Part shown: in pieces, positions 1 through 9,884 of the stretch
Layout of the letters: each line of letters starts with the position of its first letter
How positions within the stretch are numbered: the first letter of the stretch is position 1
Assembly (NCBI GenBank): GCA_040400605.1
Contig: JBBAPZ010000002.1
Span: 1 to 64,000 of the forward strand
Reading direction: 5' to 3'
Source: Candidatus Sericytochromatia bacterium
Lineage (GTDB): Bacteria > Cyanobacteriota > Sericytochromatia > S15B-MN24 > JAQBPE01
Length of the DNA stretch: 64,000 nucleotides
Position numbers and translations under genes: made by a program
The notes under the pieces: model-generated
What the model was told of the DNA's origin: nothing
Database searches by the model: none
Seen by the model: only the letters and a program-made list of their open reading frames with translations

Positions 1-323
1 GCCGTCGTCCGTGCCAGTGAAAGCCAGTGTCAGACCATCTGTGTTGCCGTCGTCCGTGCCAGTGAAAGCCAGTGTCAGACCATCTGTGTTGCCGTCGTCC
101 GTGCCAGTGAAAGCCAGTGTCAGACCATCTGTGTTGCCGTCGTCCGTGCCAGTGAAAGCCAGTGTCAGACCATCTGTGTTGCCGTCGTCCGTGCCAGTGA
201 AGGCCAGTGCCAGACCATCTGTGTTGCCGTCGTCCATGCCAGTGAAGGCCAGTGTCAGACCATCTGTGTTGCCGTCGTCCATGACAGTGAAGGCCATTGC
301 CAGACCATCTGTGTTGCCGTCGA
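1..323 (+). repeat. 45-bp coding tandem repeat, 7 copies plus a partial copy
   Basis: Unit gccgtcgtccgtgccagtgaaagccagtgtcagaccatctgtgtt starts at 1, 46, 91, 136 (identical) and 181, 226, 271 (with substitutions). Confidence 0.95.
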
Positions 324-811
324 CGGTCGTTCGGGTTGTTTATCTGGATGCGGCGCGTCAGGAGTTGGTGGTGCCTTACCTGGTGGGGGGGAGTGTGCCT
401 GAGGTTGTTTGGGTGCGTCGTCAGCGTTTGTGGGATATTTATGACATTTTGGGCGCGCGCTTGCCTGCATCGGGTGAAACATTTCAAGGGAGTGTCAATG
501 AGCCTGATCTGCTTTGGCTATTGGGTCCCGGTGCCAAGGCTGGCACTGTGCGCCTCTATCTGAAAATGCAAAATCCGGCGGTCGGTGTGAAGCCTGTGAC
601 GGGCCCAGTGGGTGAATTGCGTTTTAAAGTTGTTGAGCTGGCGCAGCCAAGTTCCCCTGAGCCGTCGGAAGGCAGGGACACCGAGTGGGTGGGACCTGTA
701 TTGGTACCTGGTCAGACAAGCGATCGACAGAGTCCTTGGCCCAGCGTCAGTCCGACGCCCGAGCCAACTGCTACGACCCCCGTTCCGGAGCGTTCGGGGC
801 CGCTCAATTGA
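1..811 (+). CDS. Partial (5'-truncated) protein with a Pro/Ser/Val-rich repeat linker and a possible AMIN-like domain
   Basis: Open frame from the window edge; (VKASVRPSVLPSSVP)n repeats, then a beta-rich globular segment and a P/T-rich tail. Confidence 0.6.
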   Translation, partial: PSSVPVKASVRPSVLPSSVPVKASVRPSVLPSSVPVKASVRPSVLPSSVPVKASVRPSVLPSSVPVKASARPSVLPSSMPVKASVRPSVLPSSMTVKAIARPSVLPSTVVRVVYLDAARQELVVPYLVGGSVPEVVWVRRQRLWDIYDILGARLPASGETFQGSVNEPDLLWLLGPGAKAGTVRLYLKMQNPAVGVKPVTGPVGELRFKVVELAQPSSPEPSEGRDTEWVGPVLVPGQTSDRQSPWPSVSPTPEPTATTPVPERSGPLN

Positions 812-1196
812 TGGTTGGGGCACAGCAACCCACAGTGAATGTCGTGTTTGGTGTGGAACCATCCGGTCTCGGAGAATTTCCGAGCCCATTCCCCGGAATT
901 CAAGTCATCGCTTCACTCAATGACTTCAACCCGGTCCCTGAATCGTGAAATCGTGGGCGTGAGTCATGCACCGCTAAACGAGCACTCAACAGTTTTGTAA
1001 TGTTTCTTGTCTGACCAAGGCGTCGAGCGCACTTGGTATGATGATCGCAAAGTGCTGCCGATAGGAATGGTTTCAAGACGTGATCGACGAACATTGCTAT
1101 CGGTCACGGGTGGTTTTGTAACTCTTTTAAATCAACGCCTGCCCATTTCGTTTCGCTCAAGTGCCCAAAGCGTTACACTGTTTTTTTTTCAGGTCC

Positions 1197-2105
1197 TTAA
1201 CGTGCAGCCCGCGTGGATGCTTGTTGCGTATCCAGTACCGTATGGACGGACACATCCGCATCATCGGCAGCCTTGCTTGATTGCAAGGTTATCAGATGCT
1301 CTTGCCCAGGTGCCAGACGCGGCACCGAGGCCGTTTTGGTTTCAACAACCTGATTGTCGCGCGACAACAAGCCGCCGCCTTTACGATACTGTATCGTGAC
1401 AACGCCCGCGAAGGCTTCGGTGCGACTCCGGTTGATGACACGAAGACCGACTTCAAGCGTTTTCACCAACACCAGCTTGCGAATGGCCCGCTTGGATGTG
1501 ACTTCGACGCTGAGTGACCGTTCATCTGTTGCACCGGCTACCGGCTGCGCACCACCATTCGGACTGGGCGTGGTTCCAATCGGCCCTTCAAGAATTCTTA
1601 CCAAGACCGCGTCCGGAACGCTCCCCGCTTCCAGCGTGGTTCCCACCTGTTTGATTCCATTTGCCGGTATGACACATTCCAGTACCTGCTGCCCCACGGT
1701 TGCGCCTCCCCCGTTCAGCGCTTGCACAGTCAATGTCTTGACACCGCTTGGCACCTGTTCGAAGCCAATTGTATTCTGGTTGGCCAAATCCGCCAGCGAC
1801 AACCGCTTGGTCAGAGGGTTCAGCAAACCCGTACCGCTCAACGTGATGTTCAACCCGTTCAGCTTAATCGTGCCGGCTTTGACTGCCCCAACTTGAACGG
1901 ACAAGGTTCCAACACTCACGGGTGTCGGGGCGATCGCAGGATTCACAGGCCTCACCGCCGCAACACTCGTACCGCCACCAGACAACGGTATCGCCGCCCC
2001 GGCAGCGTTATTCTGACGCCCACACGCACTGAGCGCGAAACCAACCATCACCAAGGCAATCAATGCCCAGTTATGTTGCCGCTGACGAATAACGCCCCTG
2101 CTCAT
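1197..2105 (-). CDS. Putative lipoprotein with beta-sandwich domains (CARDB-like C-terminus)
   Basis: Signal peptide with lipobox ALSA-C; RBS ggagggt; beta-rich sequence. Confidence 0.65.
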   Translation of the reverse strand: MSRGVIRQRQHNWALIALVMVGFALSACGRQNNAAGAAIPLSGGGTSVAAVRPVNPAIAPTPVSVGTLSVQVGAVKAGTIKLNGLNITLSGTGLLNPLTKRLSLADLANQNTIGFEQVPSGVKTLTVQALNGGGATVGQQVLECVIPANGIKQVGTTLEAGSVPDAVLVRILEGPIGTTPSPNGGAQPVAGATDERSLSVEVTSKRAIRKLVLVKTLEVGLRVINRSRTEAFAGVVTIQYRKGGGLLSRDNQVVETKTASVPRLAPGQEHLITLQSSKAADDADVSVHTVLDTQQASTRAAR

Positions 2106-2164
2106 ATCCTACCCTCCGCGTTCATGGACATCCTTTTTATCCGCCCGCGGTTATCGGATCATTC

Positions 2165-2179
2165 TTAAATAGGGGTTAA
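2165..2179. promoter_or_regulatory. TTAA-N7-TTAA box
   Basis: ttaa-atagggg-ttaa, 60 nt upstream of the lipoprotein gene. Confidence 0.45.
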
Positions 2180-2354
2180 TTAAAGGTCAAGTTTCTGGAA
2201 CGGGCAATAGCCAACAATGGAGCATTGCGCGCAACATGCGGGCCAAGACACCTAATGTTTCGCCTTCGGTCTGCACTGTTTGCCGTTGAAATAGGGTATG
2301 TGTCGCACTGTCATCCGGGTGCCGGTCTTGGTTGCCGACAGCGCGTGGCGGTCT

Positions 2355-3875
2355 TCACGGCGCGATGGTCTGGTGATTGACGGGGTGTTTGCCAAAAAAC
2401 AGCGCCAGTGGATCACCTGTCAGGTGCGCGATGCGGTTGTCCTTGCGTGGCAAGACCACCAACGCCGTGCTAATGGGACGTTCCCGGCCATCTGACGGCG
2501 CATTGACCGTTCGCCCCTTGACCCACATCGTGGTCGATCCCCCGCCATCCAGGTTGAGTGCATCGGTTGCTCCCAACATACGCATGGTCTTTGCGAGTTC
2601 CTTGAGCGTCGCTCCCACGCTGTAGCCCGGTTTCCGGCCGTCGATGCAGGCGAGCAGGTAGTGTCCGTCTGCCGTGACACCGAAAGCGGTTCGCGGCGCA
2701 CGCCCGTGCGCCACATCTGCACGGAAATGTTGTTCGCGTGATTTGACGCGGATTTTGGCTTTTTCAACCAAGGTGGGACCGCCGCCGAGCGCATGTTGAA
2801 TGCTGGGCGCCACATTCACGGTGAGACGCAATTGTTGCCCCATCCCGATGGCACGACGGAGGTTGGAGGCACCCTTTCCTTGTCCGCTCAAAACATAGCC
2901 ACCCGGTGGAATGCGTAAGCTGCCGTTGCCTTCCGCCACCACGGTTCCTGCGGCGTTTACGGCCAGTTCGTGATGCCCCCCCCCACGTCGCGACGTGCGG
3001 GTGTTCGGGCCGAAATGGTCGGTGAAGAGCGTGATGCGATGACGTTTGGTGGCTTCGTTGACGCCTTGACACGTGAGGGTGGTCCCGTCATCCAACACGA
3101 TGGCGGCGCTGGGCTTGGCGACTTCGATGCGTGCCGAACCGTCTTGTTTGAGCCAAATACTGGGTCGATCCAGCATCGTGCGGCTCACCAGCCGGCCATT
3201 CAGAATGAGGGTTCCTTGTGGTTGACCCGTGCGCGGAGCGAAAAAGCTGCCATTCACGGCGGCGATCGCCCCGTGCCACCGCGCCATTGCACTCAGTCGC
3301 GAGGTGCCCATCCTGCGCTGGGCGTTGCCCGCGAGTACAGGCTGTACCGTCACAAGTGATGGATCAAGCTTGAGTACACGGGTGCGCATCGGCCCCGCAC
3401 CACCCCACAGTTGTCCTTCCCAATAACGCACCCCCTTGGCAATGTCGCGAAAACTGGGCGTAGTTTGCTCGTGGTAGAAGATAATTTCAAGGCCTCCGGG
3501 CCGAGTGACATAACGCACCGGTGTCGCATGACGCCACTGGGCCTTGATGTAGGTGCGGTTTTCGTAGGTGTTGATGCTGAGGTGGTGCAACGCCCCCTGG
3601 TGAATATCGCGGTTCAGGCTGTAACGCCCCGGCAACTGGCTCGTCGCTTCAAGGCGCCATGACGCGATGCCGGTCGTCTGGTCACTGATCCGTACCTGCT
3701 TCAAAGGCATAAAAATCCGCGTCTTCGTCGCATCGACACTGATTGGATTAAATGGGGCCGCCTCAGCAAGCGGTGTTTGTCCCAGCCAGATCGCACCGAT
3801 CACCCCAGCGCCAACAACCCAGGCGCGGGCCAATCGTTGCCAGGCTTCGCATTCAGTCTCCACCCGTTTGACCAT
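2355..3875 (-). CDS. Phosphodiester glycosidase (NAGPA/DUF2233) family exported protein
   Basis: AAVNGSFF, GGGPTLV, APRTAFG, IDGR and ALNLDGGGST motifs; signal peptide. Confidence 0.85.
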   Translation of the reverse strand: MVKRVETECEAWQRLARAWVVGAGVIGAIWLGQTPLAEAAPFNPISVDATKTRIFMPLKQVRISDQTTGIASWRLEATSQLPGRYSLNRDIHQGALHHLSINTYENRTYIKAQWRHATPVRYVTRPGGLEIIFYHEQTTPSFRDIAKGVRYWEGQLWGGAGPMRTRVLKLDPSLVTVQPVLAGNAQRRMGTSRLSAMARWHGAIAAVNGSFFAPRTGQPQGTLILNGRLVSRTMLDRPSIWLKQDGSARIEVAKPSAAIVLDDGTTLTCQGVNEATKRHRITLFTDHFGPNTRTSRRGGGHHELAVNAAGTVVAEGNGSLRIPPGGYVLSGQGKGASNLRRAIGMGQQLRLTVNVAPSIQHALGGGPTLVEKAKIRVKSREQHFRADVAHGRAPRTAFGVTADGHYLLACIDGRKPGYSVGATLKELAKTMRMLGATDALNLDGGGSTTMWVKGRTVNAPSDGRERPISTALVVLPRKDNRIAHLTGDPLALFFGKHPVNHQTIAP

Positions 3876-4124
3876 ACCCTTACCCTCCTCGCGTGACACC
3901 CACCAAGCCCCGCACCAGGGTCATCCGTTCGCCACAGGCCACCACGTGTTTCATACCCGGCACGTATGGCGCTAAAACGTGATACCACGCACATTTCGGG
4001 CTTTTCATCGTCAAGATTCCCAGCGATTGTCTCCCGGTCACATGTTTAGGGCACTTTTTGACCGGCTAGTGACGTGCGATCGCCTCCAGAGGGGAAGCGT
4101 TCCGGGGTTGCGCCAGCCAACGAC

Positions 4125-4139
4125 TTAAGTCTTGGTTAA
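4125..4139. promoter_or_regulatory. TTAA-N7-TTAA box in a divergent promoter region
   Basis: ttaa-gtcttgg-ttaa. Confidence 0.45.
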
Positions 4140-4243
4140 ATTTTTTACCCGCGACGTGAGAATTTTCAAAAAACTGTCTATATAGTATCTAGGGGCAGGC
4201 AGGGTTTCCCTATCCGGTTTTCGACTCTGGAGGCTGTTAGACG

Positions 4244-5599
4244 ATGACGACGCAAGTCGGTGGCGATTCTCCGCAAACCATGCCCGTCGCCGTTTCGGCT
4301 GGTATGACGGCAGGCCAGATCCGGCAAGCATCCGCGCAGGCTGCGGCGGCAAGTGGCCCCAAGTTTTCTATGGACACTTTTGTAAAGGGTTTGAAGCAAT
4401 TGCGTCACCCGAAGGAGGCGTTTCGCTCGGCCAAGGCGTCAACCGCCGAGGCCTTAAGGCCGCTCGGCAAACCGCGCGAGTTCGCCGCCGCGGTAAAACA
4501 AGGCTCAATCGCCAACGTGCCCCTGGCAGATGCCCTGTCGCAACAGAACATCATGACGCGGATCGCTGCACGAATCCCTTTCGTTAAAAGCTACTTGGGC
4601 CCTGACTACATCTTGAATCAAGCGATTGGCAGCTTGCCGAACTCGGCGGGTCCTTTGGCCGGTTTGCGGCAGCGCTTGCCGTTTTGGAAGCCGCCTGCGG
4701 TTCATCTTGATGGCATTTCAAAGGCGAAGATCACCAAGATTGCCCTTGAAGGCGGGAATGTTGCCAATAAACTGCAAACGATCGGTGTTCCAACTGAACT
4801 TGCCGAGAAAGTCGCCAAGGCTACGGTGCAACGTCAAGAAGCCTTGGCACTTGCCAAGCAGACTGCCCAGCAAGCGACCTTAGTGGCCTCGCAACAGGCA
4901 GTCCAGCGGCTGACCACCGAGGCGTTGACACTGCAGCTACGTGGTAGCCATGCGCAGCCGACGGCGGAAAAAGTGGCGCGGGCATTGGCGCAAGGTGGCA
5001 ATGAGGGGCAGAAGGCCTTGTTGAAGATGGGCTTTTTCCCCAAGGATGCGACCCGGTTGGTGAATAGCGCCGCGGTGGGTCAGGTCGCCAACGCGGGCGG
5101 CAATTCGTTTTTGGCGGGTGCCAAGAAACTCGCGGGCAATCTGTTGTCGGGAGCGAAAGGCAGTTTTGTTCTGGCAGGTGTCTTTTCGGTCCTCACCAAT
5201 GTCGGGGCGGTGGCGCAAGGGCAAATGAGCATTCCGCAGTTTGTGGGCTTGAGTGCGATGGACACGGCAGCATACGGGACGATCGGTTTGGGTGCCGGGG
5301 CGGCGGGTGCGGCGATTGGTACGCTGATCCCAGTTCCGGTTTTGGGCACCGTGGCGGGTTTTGCGATCGGGTTTGCTGCGGGTTGGTTGTATGAGAAGGT
5401 ACTCCGCGATCCAGCCAAGGCCATACTGGGCTTCGGGCAGAAACCTTCTGGCGCTCAAAAGGCTGACGCACCGGCTGCTGCGTCGCCTGCGTCGCCGTCG
5501 ACAGCCAGTCAGCCGACCGAGCGGGCAGTCGATCCTTACAAACAGTTCCAAGAGGTTTACAACGCGCAATTGAAGCGACTGGAAGAGCCGGCTTACTAA
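4244..5599 (+). CDS. Hypothetical helical protein with a C-terminal glycine-zipper transmembrane hairpin
   Basis: 451 aa; RBS ggagg; GLGAGAAGAAIGTLIPVPVLGTVAGFAIGFAAG; no Sec signal. Confidence 0.7.
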   Translation: MTTQVGGDSPQTMPVAVSAGMTAGQIRQASAQAAAASGPKFSMDTFVKGLKQLRHPKEAFRSAKASTAEALRPLGKPREFAAAVKQGSIANVPLADALSQQNIMTRIAARIPFVKSYLGPDYILNQAIGSLPNSAGPLAGLRQRLPFWKPPAVHLDGISKAKITKIALEGGNVANKLQTIGVPTELAEKVAKATVQRQEALALAKQTAQQATLVASQQAVQRLTTEALTLQLRGSHAQPTAEKVARALAQGGNEGQKALLKMGFFPKDATRLVNSAAVGQVANAGGNSFLAGAKKLAGNLLSGAKGSFVLAGVFSVLTNVGAVAQGQMSIPQFVGLSAMDTAAYGTIGLGAGAAGAAIGTLIPVPVLGTVAGFAIGFAAGWLYEKVLRDPAKAILGFGQKPSGAQKADAPAAASPASPSTASQPTERAVDPYKQFQEVYNAQLKRLEEPAY

Positions 5600-6120
5600 G
5601 CGGCATTCAGACATTGCTGTTAAAGCTTGCAGGATGCAGGTCACAAAGTCGTGAGATTACGTCTTGTGAGTCCGAAACGCGTTGAATATTGACCAAATTT
5701 TGGCTGTGCTTCAGAAGCATCGGGTGGGTGTCTGATATTGTCAAGTTTGCTGCAGGGGTTTTAAACAGCAACCCGGCTGTCACGATATCGTCGATGACTG
5801 GCAAAAAGCTGCTCAACAATCGGTGCGCTTCCAGCTTGCCCCGGGGTGGGTTTGGGGGCTGGTAAGACCTTGCGATCGCGCCCCTTCATCGCTGATGCCC
5901 AGCACTGAGTCAGCGGTGCGGGAACTCGCTGGTGCAACCACCTGATGCGGGTATTCGACAGTTCACCGCACGAAAGCCTGAACATCGAGTGGTAACCTTG
6001 TCATTAAAAACGATCCGTGCCACATAACGAACGCTTTCAGTTCAAAAGCCAATGACATTCAAACAAACAGCTCATCGGTGTTTCGAACACTCTCGAATTT
6101 TACGAAGTGTCGAGCGAACC

Positions 6121-7182
6121 TTATGGTGTGCCGGCTTCCGTCTGTGCAGGAGATGGCATGGCGGATTGCAGGTTTTCCGCCAGGTCGAGAAACGCTTTTG
6201 CCGAGGGGCTGTGGGGATCCTGCACCACCAACGGCAGGCCAACGTCGCCACTGGCGCGGATGCCGGGGTCAAGCGGCAGTTGGCCCAGTAAGGCGATCCC
6301 TTCGCGCTCCGCTACCGCCTGCGCGCCGCCGGACGCAAAAATGGGTGTTGCAGTCTCACATTGTGGGCAAACGAAATGGCTCATGTTTTCGACCACGCCG
6401 AGAATCGGCACCTTGGATTGCTGCAGCATGCGCAGGGTCTTCACCCCAATGGCCGCGGCGACGGCTTGCGGCGTGATGACGATGACGGCACCGGTCAAGG
6501 GGATCAACTGCACAAGGCTGAGCGGGACATCGCCTGTACCGGGTGGCAAATCCACCAGCAGATAATCCAGTTCACCCCAAGCCACATCCCGGAAGAATTG
6601 CCGCATGGCACTGGCCAGCATCGGCCCGCGCCATACAATGGGGTCATCCGCGTTGGGCAGCAAGAAGCCCATCGACATGAGTGAGATGCCGTGGCTGATA
6701 ATCGGTTGCAGTTGGTTGTCCTTCACAAGGGGTTTGTGGGCCTGCACGCCCATCAAAAAGGGTATGGACGGGCCGTAGATGTCCGCATCGAGCAAGCCGA
6801 CACGGTACCCGAGTTGTTTAAGGGCCAAGGCGAGGTTGACACTGACGGTTGATTTGCCAACGCCTCCCTTGCCACTGCCGATTGCCAGAATGTGCCGTAT
6901 TCCGGGGATGCCTTCAGGCCCGCGGGGTACGGCTTTGGTCGGACGCACCAGATAATGCACGGCATGGTCATTGAGGCCTGTAACCCCTTGCAGCGCGCTT
7001 TTGATGGCCGGGGTTAAAGTTGCCTGCAAGCCTGCGGACTGAGGGCTCAAGGTGATCGAGAAGGTCGCGATGCCGTGCGCGACCTTAAGGTTTTCAACCA
7101 TCCCAAGCGTGACGATATCTTGTTGAAGATCCGGCACCAAGACCGTCTTCAATGCATCCAATACGTGCTGTTCAAGCGACAA
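6121..7182 (-). CDS. mrp: Mrp/ApbC (NBP35-family) Fe-S cluster carrier ATPase
   Basis: N-terminal DUF59-like domain; GSGKGGVGKST, DADIYGPS, WRGPM, DLPPGTGD and CPQC motifs. Confidence 0.95.
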   Translation of the reverse strand: MSLEQHVLDALKTVLVPDLQQDIVTLGMVENLKVAHGIATFSITLSPQSAGLQATLTPAIKSALQGVTGLNDHAVHYLVRPTKAVPRGPEGIPGIRHILAIGSGKGGVGKSTVSVNLALALKQLGYRVGLLDADIYGPSIPFLMGVQAHKPLVKDNQLQPIISHGISLMSMGFLLPNADDPIVWRGPMLASAMRQFFRDVAWGELDYLLVDLPPGTGDVPLSLVQLIPLTGAVIVITPQAVAAAIGVKTLRMLQQSKVPILGVVENMSHFVCPQCETATPIFASGGAQAVAEREGIALLGQLPLDPGIRASGDVGLPLVVQDPHSPSAKAFLDLAENLQSAMPSPAQTEAGTP

Positions 7183-7339
7183 AGCGAGCTCCTTTCGGGC
7201 CTGATTGAACGCGGTGGTTTTTTATACGCGACACTTGCCCTCATCTAAAGGAGATAATCCCCATTGGTTGGATCCGTCAAGGCAACATTTGCGCGATGGT
7301 GTATGGATAGCAGGTGCACTTGCCAAGAGGAGGACGCTC

Positions 7340-8065
7340 ATGACGATGTGTTGTCATTCATTCCGATTGGGCCATGGAATGTTATTGCTGCTGGGAACCC
7401 TTGGCTGTCAGACATCGATGACGTCTACGACAAACCCTGAAGCCATTCAGTCACCACTCGCAACGGCCATTGCACCCGCGGCGCTCGCGTTGCCGATCAC
7501 GGCATCGGCCACTTCATTGTCGGGGACCGTGACGCACCAGGCACGGCCTGCCCGCGGCGTTCGCCTGCGTGTTAACGGCCCCGCTGGTTTCTCAAAAGAG
7601 ATTCAAAGTGATGGTCAAGGGCAGTTTGTGCTTCAGTCTCGCAATCCTGGTAGTTATCAGGTGACGTTTTACAATGATACCAATCGCTCCTACGTGGGAT
7701 TCTGGCGCAGCCCGTCCGTGCGGGTCGATGCAGGCCAGCAAGCGCGTTTGGCAAACATTGATCTGGCATTGACAGGATTTCAGAACCAGCCATTACCCGG
7801 AACCACGATTCGCGGCCTGACCTCGTTCAACTGGACCTTGCCCCGTCATCCCGTTGCGGCCATCCACTGGCGCCTTCATTCGCAAGGTGGTACGCGCTTT
7901 GAGTTGTTGGCCAGAAGCCCGGATTTGCGAGGTGACGTGACGCAATGGCGTTGGGAAGTCCCCCAAGCGCTGCGTGGACGGCGTTGTTTCTGGGGTCTTC
8001 AATGGCGTACAAGTGACGGTGGGGTCGGTGGAAACTTGTTTCAGCCCATCACGCTAGGCTCGTGA
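7340..8065 (+). CDS. Putative lipoprotein with a carboxypeptidase-regulatory-like domain
   Basis: RBS gaggagg; LLLLGTLG-C lipobox; LSGTV...SDGQGQF...PGSYQVTF pattern. Confidence 0.65.
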   Translation: MTMCCHSFRLGHGMLLLLGTLGCQTSMTSTTNPEAIQSPLATAIAPAALALPITASATSLSGTVTHQARPARGVRLRVNGPAGFSKEIQSDGQGQFVLQSRNPGSYQVTFYNDTNRSYVGFWRSPSVRVDAGQQARLANIDLALTGFQNQPLPGTTIRGLTSFNWTLPRHPVAAIHWRLHSQGGTRFELLARSPDLRGDVTQWRWEVPQALRGRRCFWGLQWRTSDGGVGGNLFQPITLGS

Positions 8066-8066
8066 G

Positions 8067-8639
8067 TCATTGATGCATCACGGTTTGATTGCCGCCGCCT
8101 CGTAGCGCCAATTCGTAGGCCGCCGCAGCGGAATCGACCAGGCGTCGGGCATCGTCGATTCCGGAACGTGGGTAGGTGGCGATACCAATGGAGACAGTCA
8201 ATCCTTTAAGGGTCGGATGCTCCAAAAAATTGTCTTGCACCTTTAAGCGGAAACGTTCGGCAAAGGTTTGAACCCCATCACTGTCGGTGGCGGGCAGGAG
8301 CATCACCAGGTCATTTTTGCCCCAACGGGCGGGAATGTCGTATTGGCGGCTGGAATCCTTGAAGAGGTGAGCCAGTTCGATCAACGCCTCGAAACTCGGC
8401 TGATCCAGTCCCACCACCAGACAGCTTAACTCGGACTGAAAGCGATCCGCTCGCACGATTTCCTCGGACGCACGCCCCCAAAAATATTGCTGACTGAACA
8501 AGCCGGTCACCGAATCCGCAATGCCCATTTCCTGCAAACGCATCTCGGCATTGGCAACTTGAGTCTTGAGTTGTTCGACTGTGGCGACGAGTTGCGCCAT
8601 TTCCGCTGCTTGATCGTCTTGTTGATCGATATTGGGCAT
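8067..8639 (-). CDS. Coiled-coil plus degenerate GGDEF-domain protein
   Basis: DSVTGLF, RQYDIPARWGKNDLVMLLP, LTVSIGIA and GGNQ motifs. Confidence 0.85.
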   Translation of the reverse strand: MPNIDQQDDQAAEMAQLVATVEQLKTQVANAEMRLQEMGIADSVTGLFSQQYFWGRASEEIVRADRFQSELSCLVVGLDQPSFEALIELAHLFKDSSRQYDIPARWGKNDLVMLLPATDSDGVQTFAERFRLKVQDNFLEHPTLKGLTVSIGIATYPRSGIDDARRLVDSAAAAYELALRGGGNQTVMHQ

Positions 8640-8839
8640 TGCTTGAGTCTCCACTTTTTCACGGCCGAGTCTGCGCCGGATGACTGTCTCAAACACTATC
8701 TTACAACAGTTTCTTGTCGCCCCGACAATCTCGCCTCACGGCGCGATCGCCTGGATCGGCCAATCCTGCAACGTGCCGCCTTGAATTGGGTGGCATCACT
8801 GTGCCTGTTTGATTACCCAACGCCAACCACAGAAATCTG

Positions 8840-9871
8840 TCACGCGGATGGTAAACGGCCAGGTTGTTCCGCTGGCATCGATTTGGCGTGGTCCACCAAA
8901 AGACCGATCACGCATTGCTCCATCATCAACGCGTGAAGGTCCGTTGGCCAATCACCGGTTTTCAGCGCCAAATCACAACGCAACAGATGCTCAAGCGCTG
9001 CAGCCAGTGCGCTGGCACGCCATTTCGACAGATTGTCAAGGTCCTTGCGTACCCTGAAATCACTCCGCAGATTCAAGGTTTTGGCGATCGCCACGGGGCT
9101 GTGCCCTGCTTCAGCCAGGCTTTTCATTTGTGTCCATTGCCGCATCAGGGTGATCACCGACGCTAGTATCCGCAGCGGCACATGGGTTGTACGCAGGTGC
9201 GACAAAGCAATCAGGGCAGCCCCCACCGATTGCTTTGCCAACGCATCGGTGAGCGCGAAGACATCCGGCTCCTGAGCATGCACGAGACGTGCGACCTCGT
9301 TCACGCCGATGGCGTTGTCATGGTCCGTGTAAAGTGCCAGTTTTTGCAATTCGGTATCAATGCGCCAGCGATCGCCACCCGTCGCACGCAACAAGGCAGT
9401 CACCGCAGCAGGGGCGATGCGCCGTTGATAACCCTTGGCCCGCGCAACCACCCACTCGGCCAACTGTTCCTCCATCTGCCAAGGCGCGGGCGTCTGAAAT
9501 GCCGTCACACGCATGAATGGCAGCCACGTCTTGACCGTCTTCAGCCGTGAATCCAATTTTTCAAGCTTGAACAACAGATAGGCCCGCGCCGGTAACCCAA
9601 TCTTCAACTGACGCTCAAACGCATCGAGTCCCGGATCATCCGACTTCCCCTTCAATACCGCTGGACCATCCACCACAACAAACCGATTTCCCCCACCAAA
9701 AGGGACAGTCGTCACCGCTTCTAGAACCGTTGCAAGCGGTGTGTCGCCCGACAGTTCCGCGAAGTTGAAAACCCGCCAGGCAGGATCGAGTAATTCGCGC
9801 TCAAGCTTTTTTTGTGCTTCCACCATGGCAAACCGATCGTCGCCGTGATAAAGAAGCACTTGTTTTGACAC
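8840..9871 (-). CDS. holA: DNA polymerase III delta subunit
   Basis: LLYHGDD, TVPFGGGNRFVVV, ELQKLALY, VFALTDAL and DLALKTG motifs. Confidence 0.9.
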   Translation of the reverse strand: MSKQVLLYHGDDRFAMVEAQKKLERELLDPAWRVFNFAELSGDTPLATVLEAVTTVPFGGGNRFVVVDGPAVLKGKSDDPGLDAFERQLKIGLPARAYLLFKLEKLDSRLKTVKTWLPFMRVTAFQTPAPWQMEEQLAEWVVARAKGYQRRIAPAAVTALLRATGGDRWRIDTELQKLALYTDHDNAIGVNEVARLVHAQEPDVFALTDALAKQSVGAALIALSHLRTTHVPLRILASVITLMRQWTQMKSLAEAGHSPVAIAKTLNLRSDFRVRKDLDNLSKWRASALAAALEHLLRCDLALKTGDWPTDLHALMMEQCVIGLLVDHAKSMPAEQPGRLPSA

Positions 9872-9884
9872 TGCGTTTCACCAC

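Noticed and set aside
1..323. CRISPR array
   Set aside because: The units are contiguous with no unique spacers, are a multiple of 3 and lie in frame within a CDS; no cas genes are present.
811..948. 45-aa ORF coupled by TGATG to the first CDS
   Set aside because: No recognisable motif or RBS, so it cannot be supported.
4157..4183. Sigma-28 promoter for the 4244 gene
   Set aside because: TGAGAATT-N11-GTCTATAT has too many mismatches to the consensus to call.
5600..6120. Gene or ncRNA in the 520-bp convergent gap
   Set aside because: The short ORFs lack motifs and I recognised no RNA family.
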